From the NCBI RefSeq assembly GCF_036321535.1, contig NC_087436.1, forward strand, positions 44,394,001 through 44,458,000: 64,000 nt of DNA. The letters run 5' to 3'. The notes below the pieces were generated by a model that was not told where the DNA came from, searched no databases, and saw nothing but the letters and a program-made list of their open reading frames with translations. Source of the DNA: Camelus dromedarius. Its lineage: Eukaryota. Below, in pieces: positions 35,791 through 49,862 of the stretch; within the stretch, counting starts at the first letter, position 1; each line of letters begins with the position of its first letter. The position numbers and the translations under genes were made by a program.

Positions 35791-38700
35791 AGATAATTTT
35801 AAAAATGTCTTAGCCTGTTTATCTCAATACTTAGGATTATATAAAACTTCTGGTAAAAATAGAAATGCTCTAATTAAATGTTTCCATGAGATTTTTGAAA
35901 GGACATTACTACTATTAATCTTGACATACACTATTTTAAAATGGCTTAAATGACACTTGTAAATCATTCCTTTAGAACTGGCTTTTGTTTAAAAACACAT
36001 AAACAAATTAAGGAAAACCTTTCCCTTCAGCAAAAATGTGTAAAATGTAGCCAAATGTCTAATAATAATCTCACCAAATAGCTGCTTGTGGAATATTATT
36101 TTTTTTCAAAGCACTTTATGAGTCTAGATATAGTCATAATGGTTGCAAGTCATCATTTCCTATCTGACAGCATATTATTTTCCAATCTATAGTAACATTC
36201 AACTCAGAAAAAACCTACGCTAATACCACTTTCTTATCTGTAAATTAAAAACCAAGTCAAATCTTTTAAAAGAGCATGTGATAATTTTCACCTTTTTTTT
36301 CTTTATTGGAGTCAAAGGCAACATTTTAAATTTGAAAGTTGTTAACATCACCCCAACTCCCTTGTTTTTATATGAGAGGCAAAAATCAGAAAAGGTTATA
36401 AGGTTAAATTGTGTATCATCATTTTTTTAGCCCTAGGATCAATATTTACATTTTAACAATAATTCTGTTCTGAAGTAAATGTACTTAGTAGATTAGGTTC
36501 ATGATCCAGTTGTACTGAGGTAGTTAAACTAAATACTTTTTGAATGAGTTATTTTAAAAAATTATTATTTGGTTCAAATAATAATTTAGTTTTTGGAGAA
36601 AAACTGAAATTTTCTAAGATGATGAAGACAATACACTGAAATAGAGGAAATGGAAAATGTTATGCACTACAGTTGAAAATGGACAGTAGAGTTTAATCAA
36701 ATCTTATCACATATGATGTAGAATCAAGAATTTTTTTGTGTGTTGCCTGATGACCATTTGCAGTTTCTGGTACTACTACCTTTACAGTTCTTAAAAGTGA
36801 CCTCACTTTTGTGGTGATGTAGCAAAGGTTTTTAGTTCTAAAGGGAGGAATGCAAATTCTTGGACATACTCTTAACAGCTTGGGTTTAAATAAGATCGAT
36901 TTCACTGCAGTTATTGATAGAAATGAATCATTTTTCTGTAAAATCTTGGGGCAGGCCTTTTAAAAAAATGAAATTAAAGCTGCACAGTGGTTGAATGATT
37001 GTCATGCATAGCTGGAAGCAGTAACCAACCACTTCGGCCTTTGAAATATACTGCTATTGGTGTTCATGTGGATAACATTTTAATATTATGCTGAAGCTTA
37101 ATTATAAAGGATTATTAGCAGATCTTAAGAGGACTGCAATGAAATAGGGTCATGCAGAGTAGAATATTATTAGCTGTCTAATCTTCAAGTCATACCTTCT
37201 TCTTAGGTTGGCATCTCTCACAGAGTTTATAAGAGCTACTAGTTTTTTCCCCTGATATTTATAGCAAAAAGTCTGTCTCTGCAGCATTTCTTGTTTGAAT
37301 TTTTTGTTTTCTGGTTATTTGGTTGGATGGATTGCTCCTAGTAGTGGTCTATGATCCTTTGAAGGTGAAGTTCATAATGTGATCCCTTAAAAGCTACTTG
37401 TGGACTTACTGTATCAGCTAACAAGTATTGTTTGATAAAAGATGAACAAGATACAGGATGAGCACATCCCTATTTTATTTTTTTGGCAAAGATAAAGTGA
37501 AATAAATGAGTTTTTTAAAGCACTTGGGATCCCCATTTAAACTCTTGCAGAATCTCACAGTAAAACTGCAATTAGGCAAAGAATCAGTGCTGCCTGTTAT
37601 GCTTTTCAACAGATGATAGGAGTAGCCAGGCATAAGCAACTCTGTTTTTTATAATGTGGATGCAACATTGTCTTAAAATAGTACTTATGTTGACTTTTGT
37701 CATGTTAACTGTGGGAACTTTGGGGGAAATACATTTAGGTACTTGAAGACTATAAGTTAAAAGATAAGGCCAGCTGATACTGTGAACCGTGTGCCTGAGA
37801 GGTAAATTGCATGGAGAAACTAAACATGACAGGCTTAGATAAAACACTTATTATGATTAATACCAGAAGTAGTAACAAGCTCGTTTCTTTCTGCAGCCCC
37901 AGGAAACCTCACTTTACCTGATAATGTTTATGGCTCCAGCTCACTCACCCAATGCCCCATGCTTTCTTAATGTCAGGCAACTAATCTGTGAAACATCAGG
38001 ACTTGAGGAATTCTCACTTCTCTGATTTTCACCTTTCTTTAGAAGATTTACAAATCATTACTGTCAAACTCCCATATCAAGAGCTTAAAGGAGATAGGCC
38101 AGGGGCCCAATGTTCACTGAAACAAACCAATATTTAATATCATTTGTTTCTTTCAATATAGTTGGATGTCATATGCTATTGGTTCTTAGAGTGTGTACAG
38201 GAAGATAGTAAAGCGGTCTTACCTGAGCTATTGCCAAGAGGAACAAATGAGGTAGACTAGTCGAATAAATATTTGGAAACGTATTTTGGGTAAATATGAG
38301 AAGCAGCAAGAGATGTAAGCTCACAGCACAATTAACATCCACAAAAGGCAGACTCATCCGCTTTTATTTATCTCACACATAATGATATCTACATCCTCTC
38401 AGAACTCTAGAGTTCTGAAGTTGGGAGAATATGTTAAGGTCTTGTAATCTGACCCACTACAGTTCTACTGCATCCTTGATATTTTTACCTATAAGAAGGT
38501 CATTATCACTTGAGGAACCACCTTGGTTTTTCTAAACAGCTTTATTCTTAACCAGTTGTAATTAGTGTTGACCCAATGTCTGTCACTTCATAACTTTGGC
38601 CTGCTAGTTCTAGTTTGAGCCTTGGCATTGTTCAGAAAAAGTAGAATTCTTCTTTGACAAGGCAATTCTTCAAAATCTATCACAATTTCTCTAAGGCTTG

Positions 38701-39654
38701 TGATGATCTTTGGACAACTTACTCCTTTAAGAACATGCACCATTGTTTTAGTATCCCACTTAAAATACAGCATTCAAAGTGCAGTGGAAACTGTACTTTA
38801 CCTAATGAAGTCTAAATTGTACATTACAATGTGTAGTCATTTGTGTAGTCATTTCTTAGTTGATTTATATACAGTCAAGTAGAGAGACATCAAAGAAGCC
38901 CAAAGGCTTTTAAAAAAAAGCATATTTTAAGGTCTGCTGCTGCTAAAATAGGCCTCTATTTGAATTATTGATTTAAAAAAATAATTCTGTCTAGGATTTG
39001 AAAATTAATCTTTTTAGTATGGTCCAAATATTCCAAACTATTGTGGTCTTATTTAAAGTCTTCCCTCTAAGTTCATAAATTAACAGTCTTTGGTTTTAAT
39101 TTTAATCTTTGTATAATCCAGTCAAGTATATATTATACTTCTTGGCACATAGCAGGCAGTCAATAAGCCACCTTATTGGTCGGTTTGTATCTTTAGCTTT
39201 TAGAAAAGTGCTGATACCTTAACACATGGTAAGCACTCAATAAATACTCGCTGAATAAATGATCAAACACATGAAAAAATGTAAAGTCATTAACATCTTA
39301 ATGTGGGAATGGAAACTCACAAACAGTGTTACAGGTAGGAGGAGCTAAGCCCTGGAAAGTGGATATGTCCATGTGGGTGTGGTCTCTCCCATTTCCAGTG
39401 ACTTGAAAGACGGCAGTACAGAGAGACGGCTAACATCAGAAACGTCAAAGAGCAATTGTTGGTGTTTTTCTGTTTCCTTTCACTCAGTTGTGGCATAGAA
39501 GAGGTCTTAACTCTAAACTCTCTTCATGGTTTCCCCTGGCTCAGGAGTAGTAGGCAAATTCCCACTTAGCCGGCAGGGGATGGAAGTTCAGGGAGAGCTG
39601 GCAGACATTAGACTGCTTTATTTGGGTTTCACCAGCTTTCCATTTGTACCCTCT

Positions 39655-39835
39655 TGCTATTCCAGGATCCAGTCCAGGACACCACACTGCATTTAGTCAT
39701 TATGTCTCTTTAGTCTCCTCTGATCTGTGACCATTTCTGTCTTTATTTTTCATAACCATGAGGAATACTGGTGAGGTAGTTTGTAGAATGTCTTTCAATG
39801 TGGGTTTGTCTGATATTTTCTTCATGATTACACTG
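39655..39835 (-). mobile_element. L1MC-type 3' UTR fragment
   Basis: TTCCAGGATCCAGTCCAGGACACCACACTGCATTTAGTC...TTGTAGAATGTC...GGGTTTGTCTGAT. Confidence 0.8.
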
Positions 39836-40459
39836 AGATTTTATTCTGTTTTAGTGTAAGCATTTTTCTATGTTTCTTGGCAATTTTATATATATTTGGT
39901 ACCACCACTTTCCCCACACAGTGGGCCTGTATCTTCCTCCCTATATATTTTTTCTTTTCTTATTTGCAGTATGTTAAGAAGTATCCAATCAATTAACCAA
40001 CCAAAAAATAACAGCAAAACAGCATGCAACTCCGTACTCCCCCTTTCACAATTATTTTTTGTTCTTAACATTTCTCAGAAGACTCAGTTCTGTTTGCGTT
40101 TCAGCTACTTTGTTATTTGGTATTAAGAGTCTTGGATCATAAGCACCCCCTTCCAAATTATATACACAGTAACTCCTCTGCATGCAGACTGACTTCTTTA
40201 GCTGCCTCTAGTATAAAGTTACTTTCATGCCCATATATAGTTTTTGGACTTTTATCTTCCTTGGTCATGTATTGTTTTGGAATTTCTAGTTTTATCTACC
40301 TTTTAGTCAATGTAAGAATATCCATTTTAGATCAGAACAAATTATTTACTATAGCAAGCTTTTCTTTTTTTTCCAGTTAGATGAGTTCTGAGGTGAGAAT
40401 TCCTCTTTGCCAACTTTCTTGCCAATTTTATTTTGTTCTCTTGTTCTTCATTATACCCA

Positions 40460-41100
40460 TTTCTTCATTCACCAAATATCTTTTGAAATGCTGCTGTGGG
40501 TATAGTATGTGCTAAGAGCTATCAGGATCCGAAGATGAATCAACCATATGTATATTACTCCTTAAACTTACCTTCTACAAAAGGAGATTAGATATATGCA
40601 AAAATAAATGTGATAAATTTAGCATGATGATTACTTTCATCACCAGTATATACAGAGCGTGGTAAAACTTGTAATGGATGTAGAGATAATTGAAAGTTGT
40701 GATGGAGGTCACATTTGAAGTTGCTTGGCTGTGAGGTGCTTAGACACAGAAGAAGGGAACTGCATTCCAGTTCAAATTAGCAGCAAAAGAATAATAGGAG
40801 AGTGAAACTGTGCCTTTTATTTAGAGAAGAGCAAATTGTTTATTTTGATTGAGTTGTTGAGTGAATAAAAAGATGCAAGAAAACAGTTTGCAAAGATATG
40901 TTGGGATCTGATGAAAGGTATGCCCTACTGCTTAGGCTAAGAATTTTGAGTTTTGTATTGATGATATTGGAGAAACACTGGAGATTTTGACCTAGGGAAA
41001 TGCAGGTCACAATCAGAAGCAATAGTGGATTAGAAAATGGAGACTTTATAGACTGGGAAAGAGTTGGCATGCTTTGGGGGAAGATAGAAGCCATGAGGCT
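40460..41100 (-). mobile_element. L2 fragment
   Basis: TTCATTCACCAAATATCTTTTG...GGAGGTCACATTTGAAG...GGAGAAACACTGGAGATTTTGA. Confidence 0.7.
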
Positions 41101-41540
41101 TATGGTTTAGGTTAGGTTCTTTACGTTATGTAGCAATGAGGTTCAGAAACAAAGACATGTTCTTGGGTTCTAGAATAAAGGATAGATTCAAAAGATCCAA
41201 GAGATTAAGAGGGGAGAGTTATCAACAAATATGCAGCCATTACATAAGAATATGGGTATAATTTTGTTATAGTATTGAAATACTGGCTGATAAATACCTC
41301 TTCTTGAGACCTCCAAGTGTCCTCCTTGTTCACTGTTCACAATTCAACAGGTACAAGAGTAACTGCTGAAGCATAGAGGGCTTCTAGGTCCTGACAGGTT
41401 AGTGCCTGTTCACTATTGCTTATGCAATAGCCTGAATATCACCCTTGATATATAGGACTTAATAAAATTAAGTTCAAATATTATTTCTCCCCTCTTGCCT
41501 CCTTAGCTTTCTGAGAAATGAAATTATCATCAAGTCAAAG

Positions 41541-41564
41541 CAAGGCAAGGCAAGGCAAGGCAGG
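41541..41564 (+). repeat. (CAAGG)n microsatellite
   Basis: Four perfect CAAGG units plus one variant. Confidence 0.9.
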
Positions 41565-42719
41565 GCTTTATCAGATGGTTGGCTTTTAGCATTGTGAGAC
41601 TTCCAGGTGACACCCAGAGGTTGACATTTTCAGTCATAAATAAATCATGCTTATGTGTCAGCTTTGTTACTGCAGTTAGGAAAGTAATCAACCATGTGTT
41701 CTATCCAGTCAGCTCCATTGACAACTATAGCAGATTAGTCAGCATGATACTAAAAATTGTGTACCAAGTATGATGTCCTTTTGTCTTTGAATAGGAAATT
41801 TTGGAAAAAAAACCCATAATTATTATAATGATAACATAGGTTTAAAAATTCACTTAGCTACATTATTTGTTATTAGTTTAGCTGTATTATTATCAGAAGA
41901 TACTCCAAGTTAGATGGAATGAAAACCAAACACTGCAATTTTTGTCTTGCTTTTTTTTTTTAAATAATTTTAAACATATTTATTATTCTTTTGGGGTCCC
42001 AGTTGTTCCTGTGAAATATGAAGTTATCTTGTGAAATATAATAGGTTGTTACCTGTTTGACCAATGCAAGATGTAGTACTTAAACAGAAGAGGACAGTAG
42101 GAAGCTGTGATGATTCAAGAATTTCTTGGTTCTACTGTTTCAATCCATTGGGAAGTTATTGTGTTCTGAAAATAATGTGTATGAGATTTACATATGCATC
42201 ATTAAGTATGGACTCTCTGACTCTAGTTCACTCTTCCATGGAGTTCAAATGCAACACATTTGAAAGCAGTAAACACAAGGAAACACCTACTTCTGAAGTG
42301 ATGAATGTTAAGAGCAATCCCCAGTTTTTGAATTAAATTATCAATCATATTTTATAAAAACTACATCTAATAAGGTTTAAAAGTAATTTTATTTATTTGT
42401 AAGAGACAAATGAAATTATTTTCCATTTTAAAGGGACTTAGTGTAGACATATGATTGTTTATCCTGTTTTAGTTTCACTCGATTTTTAAAAATATATTAA
42501 ATTTCTGTCATGATCAAGACACAAGCCTGAGCACTTCAGAGACGATGAAGACGGATAAGATTCCCTGTGCGGAGATAATACAGGAAAAAAAGAAATACAC
42601 AAAGAACTTCAGCACTTGATAGATGTAAGAAATATCTTGAGATAACTCACATAGAAAAATATATTGGGTGTTCAAGAAGAAAGAAGCTCCATACACTTAG
42701 GGGCAAGATGCAAAAACAA

Positions 42720-42970
42720 CATCTAACATGTTTTGAGCAAGTATTTTGTGCCAGGCATTGTGCTAAATACGTCACAGGGATTAGCTTGCGTAGTTTTTAC
42801 AGTATTTTAATAAGATAGGTACAACCATATCGCTATTTTATCAATGAGGAAATTGAATCTTGAAGAAATAAAGTAACTTCCCTAAAGTTGCCAGTATGGT
42901 AAACAGAGGAATTAAGATTCAGACTTAGAAAATACGATTTTAAAACCCAAGCTGTTTACCAGTTTATTCT
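42720..42970 (-). mobile_element. MIR SINE
   Basis: TGTGCCAGGCATTGTGCTAAA...TGAGGAAATTGA...AAGTAACTTCCCTAAAGT. Confidence 0.85.
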
Positions 42971-43669
42971 CTTACTTTGAGTCAAGTTTAAGGAGACACT
43001 GTAGTTGAGAAAAGTCAGGGTGTATGACGCTATATGTATTAAGGATCTTCAAGTATCAGGCCTGTCGCTTGTGCAAACCATTTGAATAAAACAAAGTGTA
43101 TTAGAAAAAAGAAATATTTATTTATTTGTTTGCCAATTTATTTTCTTTTAATCAGCAATAAGCTTTAGAGATATTGACAGTTGGCTGGTAGATCTAGAAT
43201 AAAAACAAGATTTCCTAGTATTTATTGCTATTAAGCCAAATCTCCAGGAATCGAAAAGAATGACTGAAAATCATTTTCATGAGACTGGACTGGACAGTAG
43301 AATGCAGAACTTTATGTCTCAGCAAAAGTGTTATTGGTAAGTGCCACATGTATAAAATTATAAGGAGAAAGCTTGAGGTAGTTTAATTTATTTTCTCTAT
43401 AAAAGGATTATAAGTTACACTATGGTAGAAAATAATACAGAACCAACTTATGTGAAAGAAGTATAAATACAGCAATTCATCAAATCTTTTTGTGTGAGTT
43501 GTTTTTCAGTGAAAAAAGGAAAAAGTAACTTTTTCTTAACTAGAAAAAGGAATAATTTCTAGAAAAATAATGAGAAAAAAACTCAATATAAAAAACTTCT
43601 TTTGACTGTATTAATTAGAGAAAAGAAAAATAGTTTAATTTCCAGCTACTGGAAACTGTTAATAAATCT

Positions 43670-43880
43670 ATGTAATAATTATTAATTGAGTATTGTCTGT
43701 ATGGCAGGAACTATTTTAGCCACTTGAAATGGAATAGCAAACAATACAAAGTTCTGCCCTTCCAGAAGTTTATATAAGTAAATAAATATTAATGAATATA
43801 AATAAATAAATAACGATCATACCAGGTAATAAGTGCTAAGAAGAAAACTAAAGCAGAGGTAAGTGGAGTGAAGAGTGACT
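43670..43880 (-). mobile_element. L2 3' fragment
   Basis: TTAATTGAG...GGCAGGAACTATTT...TCTGCCCTTCCAGAAGTTTATA...TAAGTGCTAAGAAGAAAA. Confidence 0.7.
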
Positions 43881-45496
43881 TTTCAAATATATGGAGAGGG
43901 CGGATCTTGAAATTCTAAGCTGACACGTGATCATGCTATTTTTTGCTTCCTTGTCTTCACACATTCCATGATAAGATATGTGACTAAGGAACCATCAGGA
44001 TCAGAGGACAAGAAGAGCCATTTGCCTTTGGGGCATGGGATTGTGTGATTTCACAGTTATTATGTCACTAACACTGTCAGATTTGGTTGTGTCTAGATTA
44101 ACTGAGCTATATAGTGCATTAAAACCATCCATTTTCTTGTGGTGGAGATATTTATAAATTTATTAGCCCATTAGTTCTTAAGCGAAGGACTCAAATGTTA
44201 CTATCCAGAGAAAGCACTTTATTTTAAGCAACAGCAGGAGGTAGTGGGATTAATAAGTAGAGTCATCAGTCAGAAAGAAACGGGGGACAAGCAAGCAGAG
44301 ACATAGGATATTATTAATAAAAGTTAGAAATAATTTAGTTAATGTTTGTATTTATTTAGGACTAACTTCATATTTCTGGTGGCAAGAGATTTCCTGTGAC
44401 CATTGTTAAATTGAACACATTGATTTACCATTTCCCTTTGGAAGGTATTACCACTGGAATCCTTGAAATCTATAGAATATGGATATATCATCGTATATGT
44501 GCATAAGCAGTGAGATACTTTCTAATGGAGATACTGCTGATAAAAAAAGAGTGAGAGAGAAATACCAGATTTTACAGATAAGATAGGATTCTTCTTTGGA
44601 GGTGGCATAGAGCCAACTGGGTAGAAGGATAGAATGGCTTTTTCATGGCAAGAATAGTTTATAAGTTGGTACTTATTTAAGGAATGGAATATACAATTTC
44701 TTATTTCTCCTGTTGTTCCTCATAATGGAGAATATCAATTAATTATGGGAAAAATGCAAAAAAATGGTAAAATTATGGTGGAGTATTACCTCTTATTAAG
44801 CTGTTAATTGGATGCTGGGCGTCTAAATGGACATGTTGTGACACTCTTGGTGACAGGAAACCTCACAGAGGTCTGGACTCTCTCCTCATGGGTTGTCTCT
44901 CCCAAAATCTCTTAGATAATTGGTGGGCAACCCACATGAACAAAAGCCAATGCAGGAAAAACAAAACAAAACAAAACAAAACAATTTCAGGTTGAGCTTT
45001 TTAAATAAATTAATTTTTTCATAAAAAAATAAAATATCTGCAACTACACATTTCATTTTTATTATTAAATCTTAATATTTTAAAATAAAATTCCAGAAAT
45101 CACCAAACATCAGATTATAATAATGCACTTTTAGAAAGAAAACTAAGATGCTTAGAAAGCTGGATTGTTTGGTCTTTCATTATTTGGTTTTTGTAAGCTA
45201 ATTGCAAAAAAAAAAAAAAGTCTTATTTCAAAATAGCTTTCATCACTGTACTCTTTAAAATAAGAAACATTCTGATTACAACTGAAACAAAAATGTTAAA
45301 CATAAAAACTATTCCCCAAACCACTTAATTAAAATTTTCATCAAGTACTTTTGTCTTCTGGGCAATAGGATATACATTTTATTTAAAAAGTAACTATTTC
45401 AGCAGCAGTTGCTTGATTGAGCTAATTTGCACCTACAACTGTGTGACAGATTGGAGCCCAGCATTCCTGCTCCCCACCTGTCTAGTGCAGCGGAAT

Positions 45497-47252
45497 AGGG
45501 TCTCCAAAGTGGGTGTGCATCCCTTGGGATTGTACAACAATCCAGTGGGGTGACAGAGGGCAAGATGACAGATTCCACTTATGGTGACTTTCTTCTAAAT
45601 GGGAAAATAATTAAGTTAACCATATTTAGTATGTGTTCTGACACTTGGACTCTCCCTGTGTCTGATCTTCACATACACCGCTTGAAGTGTTTTCAAGGGT
45701 AGGTGTTTTGACAGTAGCACACTTGGCCATTTATTCACCCTCAGCTTATTGTGAGGTACTGTGGTTTATGTGTGACAAGGTGTCACTGATTTATTGTGAT
45801 AAAACCAAGATGAAATACCAATATCTCTACTATCATATGGAATCATATGAAAACCTTTTGTGCCCCACAGAAATTCATTTGCTATCTCTTGGAATTGTTT
45901 ATGATGTGGTGTTACACACATTCTATTTTGAAATAAAGGAAAAGTGATCCAATTCTCCTTACATTTTCTGATACCTAATAGGCATTATCAAAATGATATA
46001 CAAGATTTAGCTGATGGCTTCAACAATGCTTAAGAGATTAAGTGCTGTTTGAAATAAACTAGTAATTTTGGAGAAAGTATTTTGAAAATTTGATTTTGAG
46101 ATTTTTCAATCATTGTGTAATTTTATTGCCAAAAATATAAGGTTATTACCTATAAAAAATTCTTCAGAATGTCATGTTTTTTAGTTTTTTAAGTTGGTAG
46201 TAGAAATTTCAAACTTCTTTAAAAGTCTCATTTTTGTGAGTTATCCCTTTTAGCTATGCCTGCCATTAAAATCAAGTGTCTAATAAACTTAATTATAAAG
46301 AAACATATCCAGTAAATATGTTTCTAAGTAAAATTATATTATTAGTCAAGATTTTTGTGAGAGCAAAAGCCTTTAAGTACTGTTAGTAAATTATGCAATA
46401 CTGTTTGTTTCACTTATAGGTCATTATTGTTTTAATTTCTATTTTGTTTATGTTTAAATTTGCATATTGCATTTGTAAAGTTTAATTAAGTATACTCAAA
46501 ATTTTAAATAATTTATTGAGGTGACAGTCACATAACATAAATTAACCATTTTGAAGTGAACAATACAGTGGCATTTGCAGTGTTGTGCAAACATCACCTC
46601 TATCTAGTTCTGAAACATTTCTGTTACTCCAAAGTAAAACCCATTAAACAATTTTCCCCATTTCTCTGTCCTGTTCAGCCACTGGCAACCACCAATATGC
46701 ATTCTGTCTCTGCAGACTTCTCTATTCTGAATATTTCATATAAATGAAGTCATAAAATATGTGACCTTTTTTGTATCTGGCTCCTTTTACTCAGAATAAT
46801 GTTTTGGAAATGTATTCACCTCTCAGTGTGTATCAGTACCTTGCTTCTTTTTATGGTTGAATAATATGCCACTGAATGTATATTTCACAATTTATTTATG
46901 CATTCCCCCAGTGATAGACATTTGGGCTGTTTCTACCTTTTGGCTATTGCAAGTAGTCCTGCTCTGAACACTCGTGTATGAGTATCTGTTTGAGTACCTG
47001 TTCTCAGCTTTGGGGTTGTGTACCTAGGAGTGGAATTGCAGGGTCATATGGTAACTCTATGTGAACTTTTTGAGGACTGGCCAAACTATTTTCCATGGTG
47101 ACTTCATCATTTTACATTCCTGCCAGTAATGTATAAGGACTTTGATTTCAGTGAGTACACTTTAAAAATAAATAAATATACTTGTGTTAGTGGTGCCTAC
47201 CCAAATGTTCTTTACTGACTGGAATGAAAATCTGAAATTCCTGGAGCCCACT
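45497..47252 (+). mobile_element. hAT-Charlie (Charlie7-like) internally deleted DNA transposon, split by an L1MB insertion
   Basis: Left end AGGGTCTCCAAAGTGGGTGTGCATCCC...ATCCAGTGGGGTG; right end AATAAATATAC...TTTACTGA...TGGAGCCCACT. Confidence 0.65.
46502..47150 (-). mobile_element. L1MB-type (L1MB3/4-like) 3' end
   Basis: TTTATTGAGGTG...CTGGCAACCACCAAT...TACCTAGGAGTGGAATTGCAGGGTCATATGGTAACTCTATG. Confidence 0.9.
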
Positions 47253-47669
47253 CTAGGGACAGCCCTTTGGCCCCATGTGAAGTGAGTGTATGATTGTGTT
47301 ATATTTAGAGGATGGGATAGGCCTGGAACACGGGTCTGACCTATTTGGCCTCACCTTCTCCATCTATAAATGAGAAGTTTCTGCAATGAGATTGCAGGCT
47401 GCCCCTAGGAGCTCAGTGGGCCCCTGGTTGTTATTCCTCAGGCTCTATTCTGATGAATTTTTTGCCTGAGAGAAATGGAAACAAGTCACAATTCAACTTC
47501 TTGTAAACTGTGAGCAAATCATATGTACTGTTTCCTTCTCTCCCTCTCAGTCCACTGGTCTGTGTTGCAGTTAACTTAACTGTAGGTGCCTTTGTTGCTA
47601 ATGAAGCCTCTTTTGTTGCAGCACTACGAGATGACCACACACCTAACAGTGTAGAGAAGCGACCTTACG

Positions 47670-47880
47670 TAAAGCGCATAACACACTCTTTACAAGTATC
47701 ATCTTACTTAAGCCTCATTGAGAACCCTGAGTAGTAGGCATTACAGTCTCTCCTTCACTCAGAAGAGATGTGGAACGAACAGAGGTTAACACATTTGCCT
47801 GAAGAACAGAGTAAAAGAACCTGGATTAGAACCCAGAGTCGTTTGATCTCAAGATAACTACTCTTTTCATTGCACTTTCA
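47670..47880 (-). mobile_element. MIR SINE
   Basis: ACCCTGAGTAGTAGGCATTA...ACAGAGGTTAACACATTTGCCTGA...GGATTAGAACCCAG. Confidence 0.7.
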
Positions 47881-49029
47881 CTGGAGAGAAAAATTGCTTT
47901 CATGTTTCTGCTAAACATTTCACCCAATCATTTAACCCAGCAACGCTCTGACCTTGGCTTGGTTTAGATTTATTATTAGATTTATTTATTATCTATTTAT
48001 TTATTACTTGCTGAATTGTAAAACATTATTGGCCCCATGAATAGATTATTTTCTAAAAATTCCTAGTAGTAATGCCTAAAATGATCTCAGACAACTTAAG
48101 GAGATCCAGTTCTTTGGCATGCCTCCTCTGAGGCAGGTAGGTGAGGATTTGTTTATTGCTTTTTGCTTAAATCCATTCTTCTATAAATTTATACATTTAC
48201 CTCTGGCCCAGACAAACAGAGATGCTGTAAACCATTAAGTCTCAGGAGCTGAAGCCCAAATCCCAAGACTAATCATTCTGTGCTGTAAAGAGCCGTGTTC
48301 CTATTACATAACCATTCTGCATTCTCCACCCTGCATTCAGTCAAAGAATTTACAAAGGTCAAGAAACCCAGTGGGGAACTCTGGAAATACAAATTGAAGG
48401 GAAGAACAGTAAACCCTGCTGCAAAGTCATCTTGATACAGAAAAGTCTCAGAGCAGTGGATGAGAAGACCACGGGCTCCGGCTTTAGAGTTCCGAGCAGC
48501 AAGTTTTAATGTCATGGCTGTAGAGAACACCTGTACATTGTTATTTAACACAAATGCCACTAAGCAGTCATCGTGCCCATTGTTTATAAGATTCAAAACT
48601 AACAGAGGTAAGGAGCAAAATATTTTTTTAAGAGTGCGGTAAATCAGGCAATGGGCCCCCATACCACTGAACTCACTTATCAAGCCACCATGGTAACTTA
48701 ACTAGTTAAGCTATTTTCTCCTATTGAATGTGTGCTTCTGAAAACAAAGACCACACATTACTTGCTTGTTATCTCTGATGGCGGTTAGGAATCACTCAAT
48801 AAAAGTATGAGGAAGTAATGCAGAAAAGAAGCAAAGATTAAATTGCTTCTTAAGGCAAAAGAGTTTTATTACGCATGTTTTAGTGATTTTGCTTTAGATT
48901 TAGATTTTTAATATGTAGGAGGATTTTCCAGAACGGTATAAAAATATAACAATATATTTTTAACTCTAAGAAGAAATCTATAAAAATAAAAGACGTGCAT
49001 ATATGACACTTCTGCTGGCTTCCTTCCTT

Positions 49030-49335
49030 CTGTTGTCTTTTCCTGTTCACTCTCATCCTTCCCCCTACTCTCCACCTACCACGCAGCCCTGGGATGGACG
49101 GCATTAATCGGTTCCCTTGCCTCAGGCTTCTGGTGGGAATAGACCAAGGCAGTCATAAGCAAGAGGCCAGAGGGCAACAGGAGAGTGAGTCAGGTTATTT
49201 ATTCTCTTTCCTTCCTCCCTGCTGGGTCACTGTGGGCTGACTGTGTGCTTTTTTAGGTGGACTTTGCCAGGCCCATCTCTTCCTCCGGATTTCCATCACC
49301 ACTCCTTCCAGTCACTCCTTCAGGCCTCTGGGGTT
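49030..49335. mobile_element. ERVL LTR fragment (LTR33-like)
   Basis: TCCCTTGCCTCAGGCTTCTGG...GGAGAGTGAGTCAGGTTATTTATTCTC...CCTCCCTGCTGGGTCACTGTGGGCTG. Confidence 0.65.
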
Positions 49336-49689
49336 TATATGCTGCAGAGAAAGTATTCAGTAGTGTTTAGGCTTGTTTTCTCAAATTTCACCAATACACT
49401 GATTATTTATGAATTGTAATAATAGCATTCACTACTAACTCTTTAAATTTCTCTATTATTTACAATTCTTCAGGAAAAATATCATGGTTACTGCTAATCC
49501 AAAACCCTCAAATACACATTTAACTTCTACCTGTCTTTTCAAGGCAATATTTTAAATGTAAGTTTTCTTTGCAATTACAATAACTGTCAGTAGGACAGAT
49601 TGTATTATTTCTTCCATAATTCTATTGTTCTATTGTCCAAATGAAGTAGACACATGATATAATTACTGTGAAGCCAAAGTTACTCACTT

Positions 49690-49862
49690 TAGTTTCAAGA
49701 TCATGGGTTCTGTAGTCAAACTGCCTGGGTTCCAAATCCTGACTCTACCCCTTAGTTGATGTTTCTAGAAATGTATATAAGTGCCTCAGTTTTCTCATCC
49801 ATAATATGTAGATTGCAACAACATGTTTATTGTGTGTTGCGAAGGCTCAGCCCAATGCCTGG
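49690..49862 (+). mobile_element. MIR SINE
   Basis: GTCAAACTGCCTGGGTTCCAAATCCTGACTCTACC...GTGCCTCAGTTTTCTCATC. Confidence 0.85.

Noticed and set aside
48273..48683. 136-aa minus ORF and a plus-strand acceptor/donor pair (about 48341-48607)
   Set aside because: Non-ATG start, the plus frames examined hit stops before the donor, nothing recognisable
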